The position numbers were made by a program, and so were the translations under genes. From positions 1,859 to 65,858 of the forward strand of contig CAMBUD010000006.1 of the NCBI GenBank assembly GCA_945871035.1: a stretch of DNA of 64,000 nucleotides. The letters are read 5' to 3'. Every line of letters starts with the position of its first letter. The first letter of the stretch is position 1. This document shows positions 1 to 9,891 of the stretch, one piece after another. The notes under the pieces are model-generated. The model did not search any database, was not told the DNA's origin, and saw nothing but the letters and a program-made list of their open reading frames with translations. This DNA comes from Planctomicrobium piriforme. GTDB lineage: Bacteria > Planctomycetota > Planctomycetia > Pirellulales > UBA1268.

Positions 1-974
1 AGCTTGAGCTTATCCGAGCGAGCGATCTGTCCGAGCCATGTCACTTTTTTGGAAACGCCAAGATCCTCCGCTAGCGCACGGCAGTGTGTGAGATAGTCGC
101 GTTCTGCAGCCACCATTGCCCCGGCTGCAAGGAGTGTGACATCGTGATTCTGGGCAAGCAGTGGCAGCGAGCGGATGATCTGTTCCAGTCCTTTTTCCGG
201 ACAGACTCGCGCGAGATAGCCAACCACAAGCCTCTTGCCCCTTGCCCGACGTCTAGCGAGCAGATCGGGAGGCGTTTGCGGAAACCCGTGCGGATCAACG
301 CCGTGCGGAATGATTGAAATCTTTACAGGTGGAATGGCCAGATAATCAGCCATGAAAGTGGAAAAGAATTGATTGAATGCGACAAAGTGATCGACGTCTG
401 CTGATCGTTCCCGCAGCAACTCACGGACAAGGGAATAGTGTGGCTTGGGAATCTGTTCAACAAACACATCTTCACCGGCCAGACTGCAGATGATTCTCGC
501 GCTGGTAGCCTCTCGCACGCTGCGGGCGAGGCCCACGAGCAGAGCATTAGAAAGATGCACTATGTCGGGACGCACCTCGCGGGCAAGCCAGCCGACAAGT
601 TTTTTCACTTCCTTCCTTTGGTGGCCTTGTTCACCTTGCAGTGTAGAGATCGTCAGCGGACCGAGGCTGCTTGGCCGCATTGCTCCTGTTCGACTGGAAA
701 GCCACTCCAACAGCCGTCGTGAGTCGAGAAACTGATCAAAAAAAACAGGTGTCTGACGAAAGAACGGAACGTATTCCTGCAACCAGACGTTCACGCCCCC
801 CAGCACAATTTTCTTTTCAGCTACGTTTTGTTCGTCGGTGGTTGTCGGCACGTAAGCGGGAACGAGGATCGCATCCCGTCCCCGCGATCGCAGCGATCGG
901 ACCAACGTGTTGTCGTGCAGGCACGAGCCGCAGATCCTGCCGCCGGCTCCGGCCGTGATGTGGACAATGCGCAT
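1..974 (-). CDS. Glycosyltransferase, GT-B fold group 1 (GT4-like); C-terminus lies beyond the window start
   Basis: The minus-strand frame from ATG 974 is open to the window edge; I checked every codon. It is missing from the ORF track because there is no stop in the window. My translation is MRIVHITAGAGGRICGSCLHDNTLVRSLRSRGRDAILVPAYVPTTTDEQ...VVGYLARVCPEKGLEQ..., which resembles group-1 glycosyltransferases. It starts 16 nt after the mnmG stop. Confidence 0.65.
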   Translation of the reverse strand, partial: MRIVHITAGAGGRICGSCLHDNTLVRSLRSRGRDAILVPAYVPTTTDEQNVAEKKIVLGGVNVWLQEYVPFFRQTPVFFDQFLDSRRLLEWLSSRTGAMRPSSLGPLTISTLQGEQGHQRKEVKKLVGWLAREVRPDIVHLSNALLVGLARSVREATSARIICSLAGEDVFVEQIPKPHYSLVRELLRERSADVDHFVAFNQFFSTFMADYLAIPPVKISIIPHGVDPHGFPQTPPDLLARRRARGKRLVVGYLARVCPEKGLEQIIRSLPLLAQNHDVTLLAAGAMVAAERDYLTHCRALAEDLGVSKKVTWLGQIARSDKLK

Positions 975-990
975 GATTGATAGCTCAGGC

Positions 991-2838
991 TCACGCCCTG
1001 CCTGTGCAGCCTTCCAGTGCCACGAGCACGATGGCCAAGTCAGCAGGGGTGACGCCGCTGACACGACCGGCCTGCGCCAGCGTTTGCGGCCGAATACGAT
1101 TGAGTTTTTCGCGGGCCTCCGCGCGGAGGTGTTGCACAAGCCCATAGTCAAACCCATCTGGAATCGGCCGGTGCGAGAGTCGCCTGCGCCGCTCGATCTG
1201 TTCGCGTTCGAGCAGCAGATAGCCTGCATAGCGGATATCATTTTCAATCTGCATTGCCGATTCAGCCGAAACGCACGACAACGACGGGAGCGCATCAACA
1301 CATTGCTGCCAGCCGATCTCGGGCCGTTTCAGCAAGGTGTCTAGGCTGACTCCGTTCACGCGATGTCCGGCAAGAATCGACAGCGTCGCCTCAATCTCGG
1401 CCGTCTTGGCTTGCAGGCGTATGCAACGCTCGGACTGCGCTAGGCCCAGCGTGGCAGCGAGGGGCGTCAATCGTCGGTCGGCGTTGTCGTGCCGCAGACT
1501 GAGCCGGTGCTCAGCGCGGCTGGTGAACATTCGATAAGGCTCGTCTACGCCTCTGGTGACAAGATCGTCAATCAGAACACCGATGTACGACTCTTCCCGT
1601 TCCAGCACGAGCGGCGCACGATCTGTCTGTGAGAGTGCTGCATTGGCACCCGCGAGCAACCCCTGGGCGGCTGCCTCCTCGTAGCCGGTCGTGCCGTTAA
1701 TCTGACCGGCAAAAAAAAGCCCGCGCACGCGTTTGCTCTGCAATGTGGGCAACAGTTGATCGGGTGGGCAGTAGTCGTATTCAACGGCATAGCCGTAGCG
1801 CATGATCTGCGCTCGTTCGAGGCCAGGAATCATTGCGACCATTTTGTCTTGCACATCGCGGGGCAGGCTCGTCGAGATGCCATTGACGTAGATTTCTTGT
1901 GTGCGCCTGCCTTCGGGCTCTAGAAATAATTGGTGGCTATCACGCTCGGCAAATCGCACGACCTTATCCTCGATGCTCGGGCAATAGCGGGGGCCACGTG
2001 ATGCAATCTGGCCGGTGAACATCGGAGCGCGGTGGAGATTTGCACGGATAAGATCATGAATGTCGGGCGTGGTGCGCGTGATCCAGCAGACCATCTGCGT
2101 CTGCTCGATGCTTGTTGTTAGAAAAGAAAAAGGCTGTGGCTGCGCGTCGCCCGGTTGCACTTCTAGTTTTGAGAAGTCGATCGATTTCGCTGACAGCCGG
2201 CAGGGTGTTCCCGTCTTGAAACGTTCGATGCGAAATCCGAAGTGAGCAAGCGATCGGCTCACGCCTGAGGTAGTGCCCTCCCCCGCCCTACCGCCTGGTG
2301 TTTGTGCCTCGCCGGTATGCATAACGGCCTGTAAAAATGTGCCCGTGGTGAGCACCACAGATGCGGCGTAGTACTCTGCACCGGCGCGCACTCGCACGCC
2401 GGTGATTTGCCATGCTGGTTGGCCGAGGCCATCGCTCGACCGCGACTCGACCAGCAGATCTTCGATCGTCTCTTGGCGGAGATCGAGATTGTCAGTCTCC
2501 TCGACAATGCGTTTGACCTCCATTTGGTAAAGCCTTTTGTCGGCCTGCGCCCGCGGTCCGTGCATCGCCGGTCCCTTCGAGCGGTTGAGTACGCGAAACA
2601 TGATGCCGGTGGCATCGATTGCTTGAGCCATTACTCCGCCAAGCGCATCAACCTCACGCACCAACTGCGCTTTTCCAACGCCACCGATTGCGGGGTTGCA
2701 ACTCATTTGGCCAACAGTGTCGCAGTTGGCCGTCAACAAAGCGGTGCGTGCACCCAGCCTCGCCGCTGCGCAGGCTGCCTCAACGCCGGCATGGCCAGCG
2801 CCAATCACGATCACGTCATAGTCGTAGCGGCATGTCAT
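991..2838 (-). CDS. mnmG: tRNA uridine 5-carboxymethylaminomethyl modification enzyme MnmG (GidA)
   Basis: 615 aa. FAD-binding N-terminus [23 protein letters not shown]. MnmG-typical blocks [20 protein letters not shown] and [19 protein letters not shown]. Confidence 0.95.
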   Translation of the reverse strand: MTCRYDYDVIVIGAGHAGVEAACAAARLGARTALLTANCDTVGQMSCNPAIGGVGKAQLVREVDALGGVMAQAIDATGIMFRVLNRSKGPAMHGPRAQADKRLYQMEVKRIVEETDNLDLRQETIEDLLVESRSSDGLGQPAWQITGVRVRAGAEYYAASVVLTTGTFLQAVMHTGEAQTPGGRAGEGTTSGVSRSLAHFGFRIERFKTGTPCRLSAKSIDFSKLEVQPGDAQPQPFSFLTTSIEQTQMVCWITRTTPDIHDLIRANLHRAPMFTGQIASRGPRYCPSIEDKVVRFAERDSHQLFLEPEGRRTQEIYVNGISTSLPRDVQDKMVAMIPGLERAQIMRYGYAVEYDYCPPDQLLPTLQSKRVRGLFFAGQINGTTGYEEAAAQGLLAGANAALSQTDRAPLVLEREESYIGVLIDDLVTRGVDEPYRMFTSRAEHRLSLRHDNADRRLTPLAATLGLAQSERCIRLQAKTAEIEATLSILAGHRVNGVSLDTLLKRPEIGWQQCVDALPSLSCVSAESAMQIENDIRYAGYLLLEREQIERRRRLSHRPIPDGFDYGLVQHLRAEAREKLNRIRPQTLAQAGRVSGVTPADLAIVLVALEGCTGRA

Positions 2839-2948
2839 AGCGTTGAGTGTAGCATCCGAAAAAAAAGCTCTTCGGATCGGCGTCTAGGAAAAGCTGGCCA
2901 CGTTACGAGCGGGCCCAAAGTGCCTGCGTTGCGGGCAACGCCGTAGCG

Positions 2949-4736
2949 CTATGCAGCCGCACGTTTTGGCGGTGCGAGCTTAAAGAGGGCAAAGAAGTCG
3001 TCCTGTGTCAAACCGGCACCGGGAGCTGCTTCTGCTTGCGAGAGAATGATGTCTGAAAGGTCGCGTTTGCGTCTGAGAACCTCATCGATTCGCTCCTCGA
3101 TCGTATCGACCGATAGAAATCTCGTCACGGTGACGGCGCCAACTGCGCCGATCCGATGGGCTCGATTAATTGCTTGATCCTCGACCGCCGGATTCCACCA
3201 GCGGTCAAAGAGAAAAACATACTGTGAAAATTGTAGGTTGAGTCCTACGGCACCGGCACCGTAGGAGAGCAGCAACACGGAGTGTTTAGGATTAGTCTTG
3301 AACTGCTCGATAGCCGCATCGCGAGCAGCCGTCGACATGCCGCCGTGGTATTCGATAGCACCAAAGCGAGAAAGCTTATTGCGTAGACGACCGAGCGTTT
3401 CAACCCATTGGCTGAAGACTAGCGACTTGCGGCCACTGGCATGAATCTCATCGAGTTCGGACTCGAGGCACTCGAGCTTCGCACTTTCACCGGTAGCTGT
3501 ATCAAAGTTACAGATCTGCTTGAGTCGTAAAACGAGTTCAAAAACGTGTTGAATAGTCGCCTCCTGCCCTAAGCCAGAGAGCCGCAATATGCCCTCCTCT
3601 TCGGCGCGGCGATAGGTTTCCCGCTGCTCGCTCGTCAGTTCAATGCTCTCGTCGCGATTCATGCGCGGAGGCAGATCCTTTAAAACGCGGTCTTTTGTGC
3701 GGCGGAGCACATAGTCAGCCGCAGCAGTCCCCATAGCGCGAGGCGACATTCGATCATTGAGCTCGCCCGGTGCTACAAATTCAAAGATCCCCACGAGATC
3801 TTCGGCGCTATTTTCCACCGGTGTACCGGTGAGAGCCCAGCTGCGATTGCGGTCGATTGCGCGAACGGCATGACTCGTATGACTGGAGCGATTCTTGATG
3901 CGCTGCGCTTCATCGAGTACGACCAGATCAAATGACAGGCCCATTTCAGCCACGAGCTCGCGGTCGCGCACAACGACCTCGTAGTTGGCTATTTTTACCG
4001 GTACGTCAGCCAGTGACCACTGCCAGCGCCGGCGTTGCGGATCGCCTTCAACAACCGCCACAAGGAGTTCGGGTGCCCAATCAGCTAATTCTCGCACCCA
4101 GTTTGAAACCAGCCCTTTTGGGCAGACAACAAGCACACGCCGCGCCTCGCCGCCGTGCAGCAATAATCGCAGGGCAGAGATCGCCTGCATCGACTTACCG
4201 AGGCCCATTTCATCGGCGAGGATGGCCCCATGTCGGGGCGTCAGGAACGCCATGCCATCAAACTGAAATGGAAAAGGTTGGCGTGGAAATTGAAGACTAC
4301 TGGCGCGTAAAATCGCTTCGAGATCGGGTTGAAGTAGAAAGAAAAATCGCTCGGAGAGCTTGACGACGTCATGGGGCGGCTGAATGCGCGTGCGTTTTTC
4401 TGCGCTGGTTGTCGTCGCTGAGGAAGTCCGGGCTAGCGGGGCTGGCAAGGCAGTACGGTTGATCGCTTGGGCCGGCTTTGTCAAACCCGGTGCAGGCGGA
4501 GAAAATGGGAAACTATTCACAACAGGCTGGTCGTCGAGCAACGCCACACGCACAACATTCGGTGGCGGCACGTCGATGGGGAGTCGTAGGGCTCGCGGCT
4601 GAGATATGTGTAAATCTACACCCAGCAATACGCGTGGCTCAGGGAGCAGGAATGCATCAGGCTGCCAGGATCGCAAGAGCGCAACCGACGATCCAGCGAC
4701 TGGGAATGGTGCGCCGGGATTCGTCGGTTGATTCAT
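2949..4736 (-). CDS. SNF2/RapA-like superfamily-2 helicase with a roughly 200-aa Pro-rich N-terminal region
   Basis: Motif I is LADEMGLGKSMQ and motif II is VLDEAQRIKN. The helicase-C block is LLSYGAGAVGLNLQ...WWNPAVEDQAINRAHRIGA. I moved the start to ATG 4736, which has GGAG 5 nt upstream, because the longer ORF (to 4811) overlaps the upstream gene. Confidence 0.85.
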   Translation of the reverse strand: MNQPTNPGAPFPVAGSSVALLRSWQPDAFLLPEPRVLLGVDLHISQPRALRLPIDVPPPNVVRVALLDDQPVVNSFPFSPPAPGLTKPAQAINRTALPAPLARTSSATTTSAEKRTRIQPPHDVVKLSERFFFLLQPDLEAILRASSLQFPRQPFPFQFDGMAFLTPRHGAILADEMGLGKSMQAISALRLLLHGGEARRVLVVCPKGLVSNWVRELADWAPELLVAVVEGDPQRRRWQWSLADVPVKIANYEVVVRDRELVAEMGLSFDLVVLDEAQRIKNRSSHTSHAVRAIDRNRSWALTGTPVENSAEDLVGIFEFVAPGELNDRMSPRAMGTAAADYVLRRTKDRVLKDLPPRMNRDESIELTSEQRETYRRAEEEGILRLSGLGQEATIQHVFELVLRLKQICNFDTATGESAKLECLESELDEIHASGRKSLVFSQWVETLGRLRNKLSRFGAIEYHGGMSTAARDAAIEQFKTNPKHSVLLLSYGAGAVGLNLQFSQYVFLFDRWWNPAVEDQAINRAHRIGAVGAVTVTRFLSVDTIEERIDEVLRRKRDLSDIILSQAEAAPGAGLTQDDFFALFKLAPPKRAAA

Positions 4737-4758
4737 ACCCACTCCTAGGCACGCGGTA

Positions 4759-5469
4759 TCAGTGTCGCTGTGCTTCGTCGATCGCAGCACGGATGCGTTC
4801 AAATGGTTCATTCAGATCGACCGATGCCACCAACTGCGCAAGTTTTCCGCGTAGTAATTCCTCTTGTTCCTCCATGCTCGCCGCGGACTCAAGGTTGCAA
4901 GGTGGCGGGCTCACACGCGAATTGCCGACGCTAAAATCTCCACTGCACGCCGTCGCCTCTGGGCGTTTCACGAGGGCCACCGGCAGAATGGTGTGCAAAC
5001 GCACGTGCAGCATCGATTCCAGATCGGTGAGCACAATCTGCGGCGCAAGGATCCCCTCTGACAGAAGTGCAGCACCGATTTGCCTTCCATGCAGATGGCT
5101 CTGCAGAGTTGACCCATAGAGAATCTGTTGTGCACGCGAGACCTTTACCGGTGCCGTGCAGTGAAATTCAAGCGGTCGTCCAATGACGTCAACCAGAAGG
5201 TAGCCGCCAAAAAGACCGTGCAACGGCGAATCAACGGCGGTGAGAAACCCGAACGCCAGCGCGGTCGATGGCTCGCTTGAAGTCTGCTCCCTGCTTGACA
5301 AGTAGTGCTCTCCGTTGGGCCGATGGGCCCCATTCCCTGCCCTGAATGCTGTTCCAATCAACCAACCATCGGGCTTTACTGCCAAACCACTTGAGCGACG
5401 CTGGCTATCGCTCTCGGCGTATGCAGGACAAACAGCAGAAGTAGGAAGCTGGGAAAACCTTGACGGCAA
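4759..5469 (-). CDS. Hypothetical protein, no recognised domain; immediately upstream of the SNF2 helicase
   Basis: 236-aa ORF with protein-like composition in its C-terminal two thirds (..GGYLLVDVIGRPLEFHCTAPVKVSRAQQILYG...EELLRGKLAQLVASVDLNEPFERIRAAIDEAQRH). The stop lies 22 nt before the helicase ATG. The track start is a TTG, and there is no in-frame ATG near the N-terminus, so the start is uncertain. Confidence 0.45.
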   Translation of the reverse strand: MPSRFSQLPTSAVCPAYAESDSQRRSSGLAVKPDGWLIGTAFRAGNGAHRPNGEHYLSSREQTSSEPSTALAFGFLTAVDSPLHGLFGGYLLVDVIGRPLEFHCTAPVKVSRAQQILYGSTLQSHLHGRQIGAALLSEGILAPQIVLTDLESMLHVRLHTILPVALVKRPEATACSGDFSVGNSRVSPPPCNLESAASMEEQEELLRGKLAQLVASVDLNEPFERIRAAIDEAQRH

Positions 5470-5587
5470 CTGCTAAAAAGCTCCTCATGTGGAAACTATT
5501 CTGTCGGCTGCCTACGATGGAGTGACCAAGGTCGGATAAGATGCCCTTTGCAGCGGCTGTCGACCGGTTGACCATGTGAGGAAAATC

Positions 5588-6052
5588 ATGAACGAGACCA
5601 CTCCACTGTTCACACAAATAGATATCTCTGCCAGTATGAACACTCCTGCCCACCCAAGTGGAATGACAGTTGTCGCCGAATCTACAGAAACAAATCGATT
5701 GCTTCGCGATTTGGTCATGCTGCAAAATCGTTCGTGCGAACTGCTTGCCGAACTTGTCAGTCAAGTCTCGCTGCAGCAGCGGCAGCGAGCGGCCGAACTC
5801 AAGTCTTGGCGGGACGCCAACCCAGAATTAGCGCAATCCTGCCGGCAGGCTGCGGAGTCATTGGCGAAGGTTCACACCGAGTTTTTAGGCAACGTCGCAC
5901 ACGAAGCCTTTATGAATGCGGAAGACTTCGCTGACAGTGAATACGCGCTCGGCGAATTTATCGATCGTCACGGGCCGCGGTTGGCTCACTTTAATGGTGT
6001 GCTTCAACTCTTTGCTCAACTCGGCGCACAACAGCCAGCGACTGAGAACTGA
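5588..6052 (+). CDS. Hypothetical, probably helical protein; first gene of the 5.6-13.2 kb operon
   Basis: The ORF is 5576..6052. I prefer ATG 5588 (MNETTPLF...), which is preceded by GAGGA 5 nt upstream. No recognisable motif. It ends 23 nt before the next gene. Confidence 0.5.
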   Translation: MNETTPLFTQIDISASMNTPAHPSGMTVVAESTETNRLLRDLVMLQNRSCELLAELVSQVSLQQRQRAAELKSWRDANPELAQSCRQAAESLAKVHTEFLGNVAHEAFMNAEDFADSEYALGEFIDRHGPRLAHFNGVLQLFAQLGAQQPATEN

Positions 6053-6075
6053 AGCCTCTGCAGGAATCTTTCACC

Positions 6076-7221
6076 ATGACACCGGACCCACCGCCATTAG
6101 CAACTCACGCCTCACCGTCGCCTGCTTTTGAAGTTGCTGATACCACCGCGATTGAGAAGGCTCGCAACGATCTAGATGCCCACACCGTCGAAATGATGGC
6201 TTGGCACTTTCATCCCTCCACCGGTTGTCCGTTCTGGCTCCATTACGCGCAGTCGTTGCCTTTTAATCCACTCAAAGACGTCAACCGGTACGACGATCTC
6301 AAGAAGTTCCCCCCGTTCGAAGACGAATGGTTGCGTGGGGGGCCACTGCAACGCTGGGTTCCTCGGGCCTTTGTGGATAAAGCACTTTATGTTTTTGAAA
6401 CTGGCGGCACGACCGGAGTGCCTAAATCTCGCGTTGCATGCTGCGACTTCCGCACCGACTACGAACAATTCAGCGCAACACTGCCCGAGGAATATTTCCC
6501 CCGTGGTGCCAACTGGCTCATGCTGGGGCCATCGGGACCACGACGGTTGCGTCTCTCAATTGAGCATCTTGCCCAATGCAGGGGTGGCATTTCGTTTTGC
6601 ATCGACCTCGACCCGCGTTGGGTGATCAAGCTTATTCAGAGAGGCTGGATGGAGCACCTAGAGGCTTACAAGCAGCACTGCATTGATCAGGCAATCACAA
6701 TTCTCGAAGCCGGCCACGATATTCGCTGCATGTTCACGACGCCCAAACTGCTCGAATCCCTCGCACTGGCGCTTGAGAAAAAGGGGACAACAATCCGTCA
6801 AGCAGGGATCACCGGTATCTTTTCCGGTGGCACAGAATTTACGCCACAGTGGACCCGATTCGCCGTGGAAGAACTCCTCGACGGAGCCTATATGACTCCG
6901 ACTTACGGCAACACGTTGATGGGCTTGGCTGCCTCTCGGCCAGTTGGGCCAGCCGACGGCTACACGATTGCGTACTACGCCCCTCAGCCGCGCGCAGTGA
7001 TTGAAGTGGTCGATTGTAACGACACAAATAGCATCGTGCCCTACGGTGGCACTGGTCGTGTCAAACTGACGACGCTTACGCAGGAGACGTTTGTCCCTGG
7101 ATTTCTGGAACGTGATGAAGGAGAACGTGAGCAGCCCTACAAACAATATCCTTGGGACGGTATTAGCGGCGTGCGTCCATTTCATAAGTTGTCCTCAGCG
7201 GCCACCGTCGGCGTGTACTAA
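6076..7221 (+). CDS. Adenylate-forming enzyme of the PaaK / coenzyme F390 synthetase / LuxE acyl-protein synthetase type (short, 381 aa)
   Basis: P-loop-like block FETGGTTGVPK (compare S/T-SGTTG-KP of ANL enzymes). Also TPTYGNTLMG (YGxTE-like), IFSGGTEF and GTGRVKLTTL. Its size is close to LuxE (about 370 aa) and shorter than PaaK (about 430 aa). Confidence 0.6.
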   Translation: MTPDPPPLATHASPSPAFEVADTTAIEKARNDLDAHTVEMMAWHFHPSTGCPFWLHYAQSLPFNPLKDVNRYDDLKKFPPFEDEWLRGGPLQRWVPRAFVDKALYVFETGGTTGVPKSRVACCDFRTDYEQFSATLPEEYFPRGANWLMLGPSGPRRLRLSIEHLAQCRGGISFCIDLDPRWVIKLIQRGWMEHLEAYKQHCIDQAITILEAGHDIRCMFTTPKLLESLALALEKKGTTIRQAGITGIFSGGTEFTPQWTRFAVEELLDGAYMTPTYGNTLMGLAASRPVGPADGYTIAYYAPQPRAVIEVVDCNDTNSIVPYGGTGRVKLTTLTQETFVPGFLERDEGEREQPYKQYPWDGISGVRPFHKLSSAATVGVY

Positions 7222-7262
7222 TTTCAGCAGGCAACTCCGAATCAAATCGCTAAGAATAAGCC

Positions 7263-8702
7263 ATGCATCTACCGGCGCTTCGCTTTGGAAAACGCTACGA
7301 GTCGCTCGACCGCGCGACACTCGTTCATTTTTTAAGCGGCGAAACAGTGGCCGAAGTGAGCCAAGTCGGTGGTGCGATGCTGAGCCGCGATCTGCAGAAG
7401 TTTTCGCGTGCTGCCCGGCAGGCCATTCTCGGTATTGAGCCGGCCGAAATTATCAAACGCATGCAGGCAGCAGGCAGGCTCTATGCCTGCGGCACGCTTT
7501 CTAACGCAGGCAGCCAGCAGTCTCCTGAAGATTTTGTCAAGCAGCAGTCAGCCACGACCGGCTTGCCTGAGTCGCTCTGTCGAGCCAACATGCAGAAGAA
7601 TCTGTTTGTGCTCGCCAATCTGGATCGCATGCTTGACGCTCTCTCGCGTGGGCTTCCATCCGAGGTTTTCTGGAAGGGCTACGGTCGGGAAGGCCGTGGT
7701 GTGATCGTAAGCTATCAGGCCCAATCGCCGGTGTTGGGTCTTGTGCTGCCGAGTAATTCCCCGGGCGTTCATACCCTCTGGCTGCCAGTCATCGCCCTTG
7801 GCATCGGACTTGTGATCAAGCCAGGTGGGCAGGAACCGTGGACGCCCTACCGCATGACTGCGGCCATGATTGAGGCAGGGATTCCCGAGGAGGCAATCGG
7901 TCTGTATCCAGGCGCAACGGACGTCGGGGCGGCGATTCTTGCCAACTGCCGTCGCAGCATGATCTTTGGCAGCGCTCGGACGGTGGAGCAGTATCGTGCC
8001 CACCCAAACGTTCAGGTTCATGGGCCGGGCTTGTCAAAAATAATTCTTGGTGATGATTGTGTTGATGACTGGCAGGATTATATGGACGTGATTGTGGAAA
8101 GCGTAGCGGCCAACAGTGGCCGCGGCTGCATCAACGCATCGGCTCTCTTTGCCAGCCGTCACACCGATGAGATCGCCGCTGCACTGGCTGCCCGTTTGGG
8201 GCCGATTGATGTTAGGCCGCCGGAGGATCCCGAGGCCACGCTCGCGGCATTCACGGTACAGGGAGCGGCCAAAGCGATTTGGGAACAGATTGAAGTTGGC
8301 CTCAAGGCACCGGGCGTCACGCACGCAACGGCCGGTTATGGGAATCGGTTTGTAGAAGGTGAGCGGTGCGGCTGGCTGCGGCCGGTGGTCGTGCACTGTT
8401 CCTCACCAGAGCCAGCGATCGCTAAGGCCGAATACATGTTTCCTTTTATAAGTGTGGTTCGCTGCCCGCAGCACGATATGCTGGCGAAGATTGGCCCAAC
8501 ACTTGTGGGGACGGCGATCACAAACGACCCTGTTTTTCAGTCGGCTCTCAGCGACAGTGTCGATATCGACCGGCTCAATCTGGGCCCAATTCCCACCACA
8601 AAGCTCGACTGGCTTCAGCCACACGAAGGCAACATCATCGATTTTCTTTACCGTTCGCGGGCTCTGCAAACGCCGGCCGATTCACCCGTTCGGGTATCCT
8701 GA
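7263..8702 (+). CDS. Aldehyde dehydrogenase superfamily protein, LuxC-like (putative acyl-CoA/acyl-adenylate reductase)
   Basis: 479 aa. ALDH-like blocks are LPSNSPG, IKPGGQEP and the catalytic-Cys block SGRGCINASALF. The position of the ELGGK general-base motif reads VHGPGLSK, with no Glu. Its length and Cys position are similar to LuxC. Confidence 0.65.
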   Translation: MHLPALRFGKRYESLDRATLVHFLSGETVAEVSQVGGAMLSRDLQKFSRAARQAILGIEPAEIIKRMQAAGRLYACGTLSNAGSQQSPEDFVKQQSATTGLPESLCRANMQKNLFVLANLDRMLDALSRGLPSEVFWKGYGREGRGVIVSYQAQSPVLGLVLPSNSPGVHTLWLPVIALGIGLVIKPGGQEPWTPYRMTAAMIEAGIPEEAIGLYPGATDVGAAILANCRRSMIFGSARTVEQYRAHPNVQVHGPGLSKIILGDDCVDDWQDYMDVIVESVAANSGRGCINASALFASRHTDEIAAALAARLGPIDVRPPEDPEATLAAFTVQGAAKAIWEQIEVGLKAPGVTHATAGYGNRFVEGERCGWLRPVVVHCSSPEPAIAKAEYMFPFISVVRCPQHDMLAKIGPTLVGTAITNDPVFQSALSDSVDIDRLNLGPIPTTKLDWLQPHEGNIIDFLYRSRALQTPADSPVRVS

Positions 8703-8730
8703 GGCCTCGCTCATCACCGCGAGGTTTCCT

Positions 8731-9891
8731 GTGCCGAAATTTTCAGAAGCAAAAGACTTTCAATTTCTCGCCGCCACGCGTCTCATTGTCGGGGCGGGGT
8801 CGATTGCGCAACTGGGACGCATTGCTCGTGAACACAACGCGACCTGTGCGTTGGTTGTGAGTGACCTAGGAGTCGTGCGCGCAGGCCATGCCGAAAAAGC
8901 GATTCACTCGCTCAGGGCTGCTGGCTTACAAACCGCTCTTTTTTCTAATTTCTCAGAGAACCCAACAACTGAACACGTCGACGCAGGCACGATGCTCGCG
9001 CGCGAACGCTCTCCGGATTTGATCGTGGGAGTCGGTGGTGGCAGTTCAATGGATTGTGCGAAGGGCATCAATTTCCTTTTTTCCTGCGGTGGACGAATGC
9101 AGGATTACAACGGCCGCGGCAAGGCAACCAGCCCAATGCTTCCCTCGATTGCCATTCCCACGACTGCCGGCACGGGGAGTGAAACGCAGTCTTTCGCCCT
9201 TATTACCGACGCCAGCACCGGCATAAAAATGGCGTGCGGGGATCAACGAGCGGCTTTTCGCGAGGCAATTCTCGACGTGAACCTGACTCTCACGCAACCC
9301 GATCGCATAACAGCGCTCACTGGTGTCGATGCGGTGTCGCATGCAGTTGAAAGTTATGTGAGCCGTGCAGCCACGCCTGCCTCACGCGTTTTTTCTCGTG
9401 AGGCATGGCGACTCCTCTCGCAATCACTGCCGCGCGTGCTTGCCGACGGAGCCGATTGCGACTCACGATCAGCTGTACAGCTCGGTGCGGCGTGGGCAGG
9501 CCTAGCCATCGAGAACGCCATGCTCGGGGCAGCCCACGCGCTTGCCAATCCGCTCACTGCCAGCCATCGTGTTGTGCACGGGCAAGCAGTCGGCTTGATG
9601 CTACCGCATACCATTCGGTTTAACGCGACTGTTTGTGCGGACCACTACGCAGAACTGCTGCACGATCTAGAAATCGACACGCCCATAGATGATCCGGGAG
9701 AACAATTGGCAGCGTGGCTAGAAGCGTTGCTCGATCAGGCTGGCATGGCGAGAACGCTGGCAGCTTTGGGTATTACGGAGCCCGCCATTGGGCAGTTAGC
9801 GACACACGCGGCCTCGCAATGGACGGCAGGCTTCAACCCACGCTCGGTCAATGTTGACGATCTGGCGCATCTGTACGAGGCAGCACGATGA
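8731..9891 (+). CDS. Iron-containing (group III) alcohol dehydrogenase
   Basis: GVGGGSSMDCAKG, IPTTAGTGSE and a His-rich metal site (VDAVSHAVESY...HALANPL...VHGQAVG). I set the start at GTG 8731 (GAGG 6 nt upstream). The track ORF from 8452 would overlap the ALDH gene by 250 nt. Confidence 0.85.
   Translation: MPKFSEAKDFQFLAATRLIVGAGSIAQLGRIAREHNATCALVVSDLGVVRAGHAEKAIHSLRAAGLQTALFSNFSENPTTEHVDAGTMLARERSPDLIVGVGGGSSMDCAKGINFLFSCGGRMQDYNGRGKATSPMLPSIAIPTTAGTGSETQSFALITDASTGIKMACGDQRAAFREAILDVNLTLTQPDRITALTGVDAVSHAVESYVSRAATPASRVFSREAWRLLSQSLPRVLADGADCDSRSAVQLGAAWAGLAIENAMLGAAHALANPLTASHRVVHGQAVGLMLPHTIRFNATVCADHYAELLHDLEIDTPIDDPGEQLAAWLEALLDQAGMARTLAALGITEPAIGQLATHAASQWTAGFNPRSVNVDDLAHLYEAAR

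Noticed and set aside
8452-8730. N-terminal extension of the alcohol dehydrogenase ORF, as given in the ORF track.
   Set aside because: It would overlap the ALDH gene by 250 nt and translates to Ser/Thr/Phe-rich junk. GTG 8731 with an upstream GAGG gives a normal Fe-ADH N-terminus.
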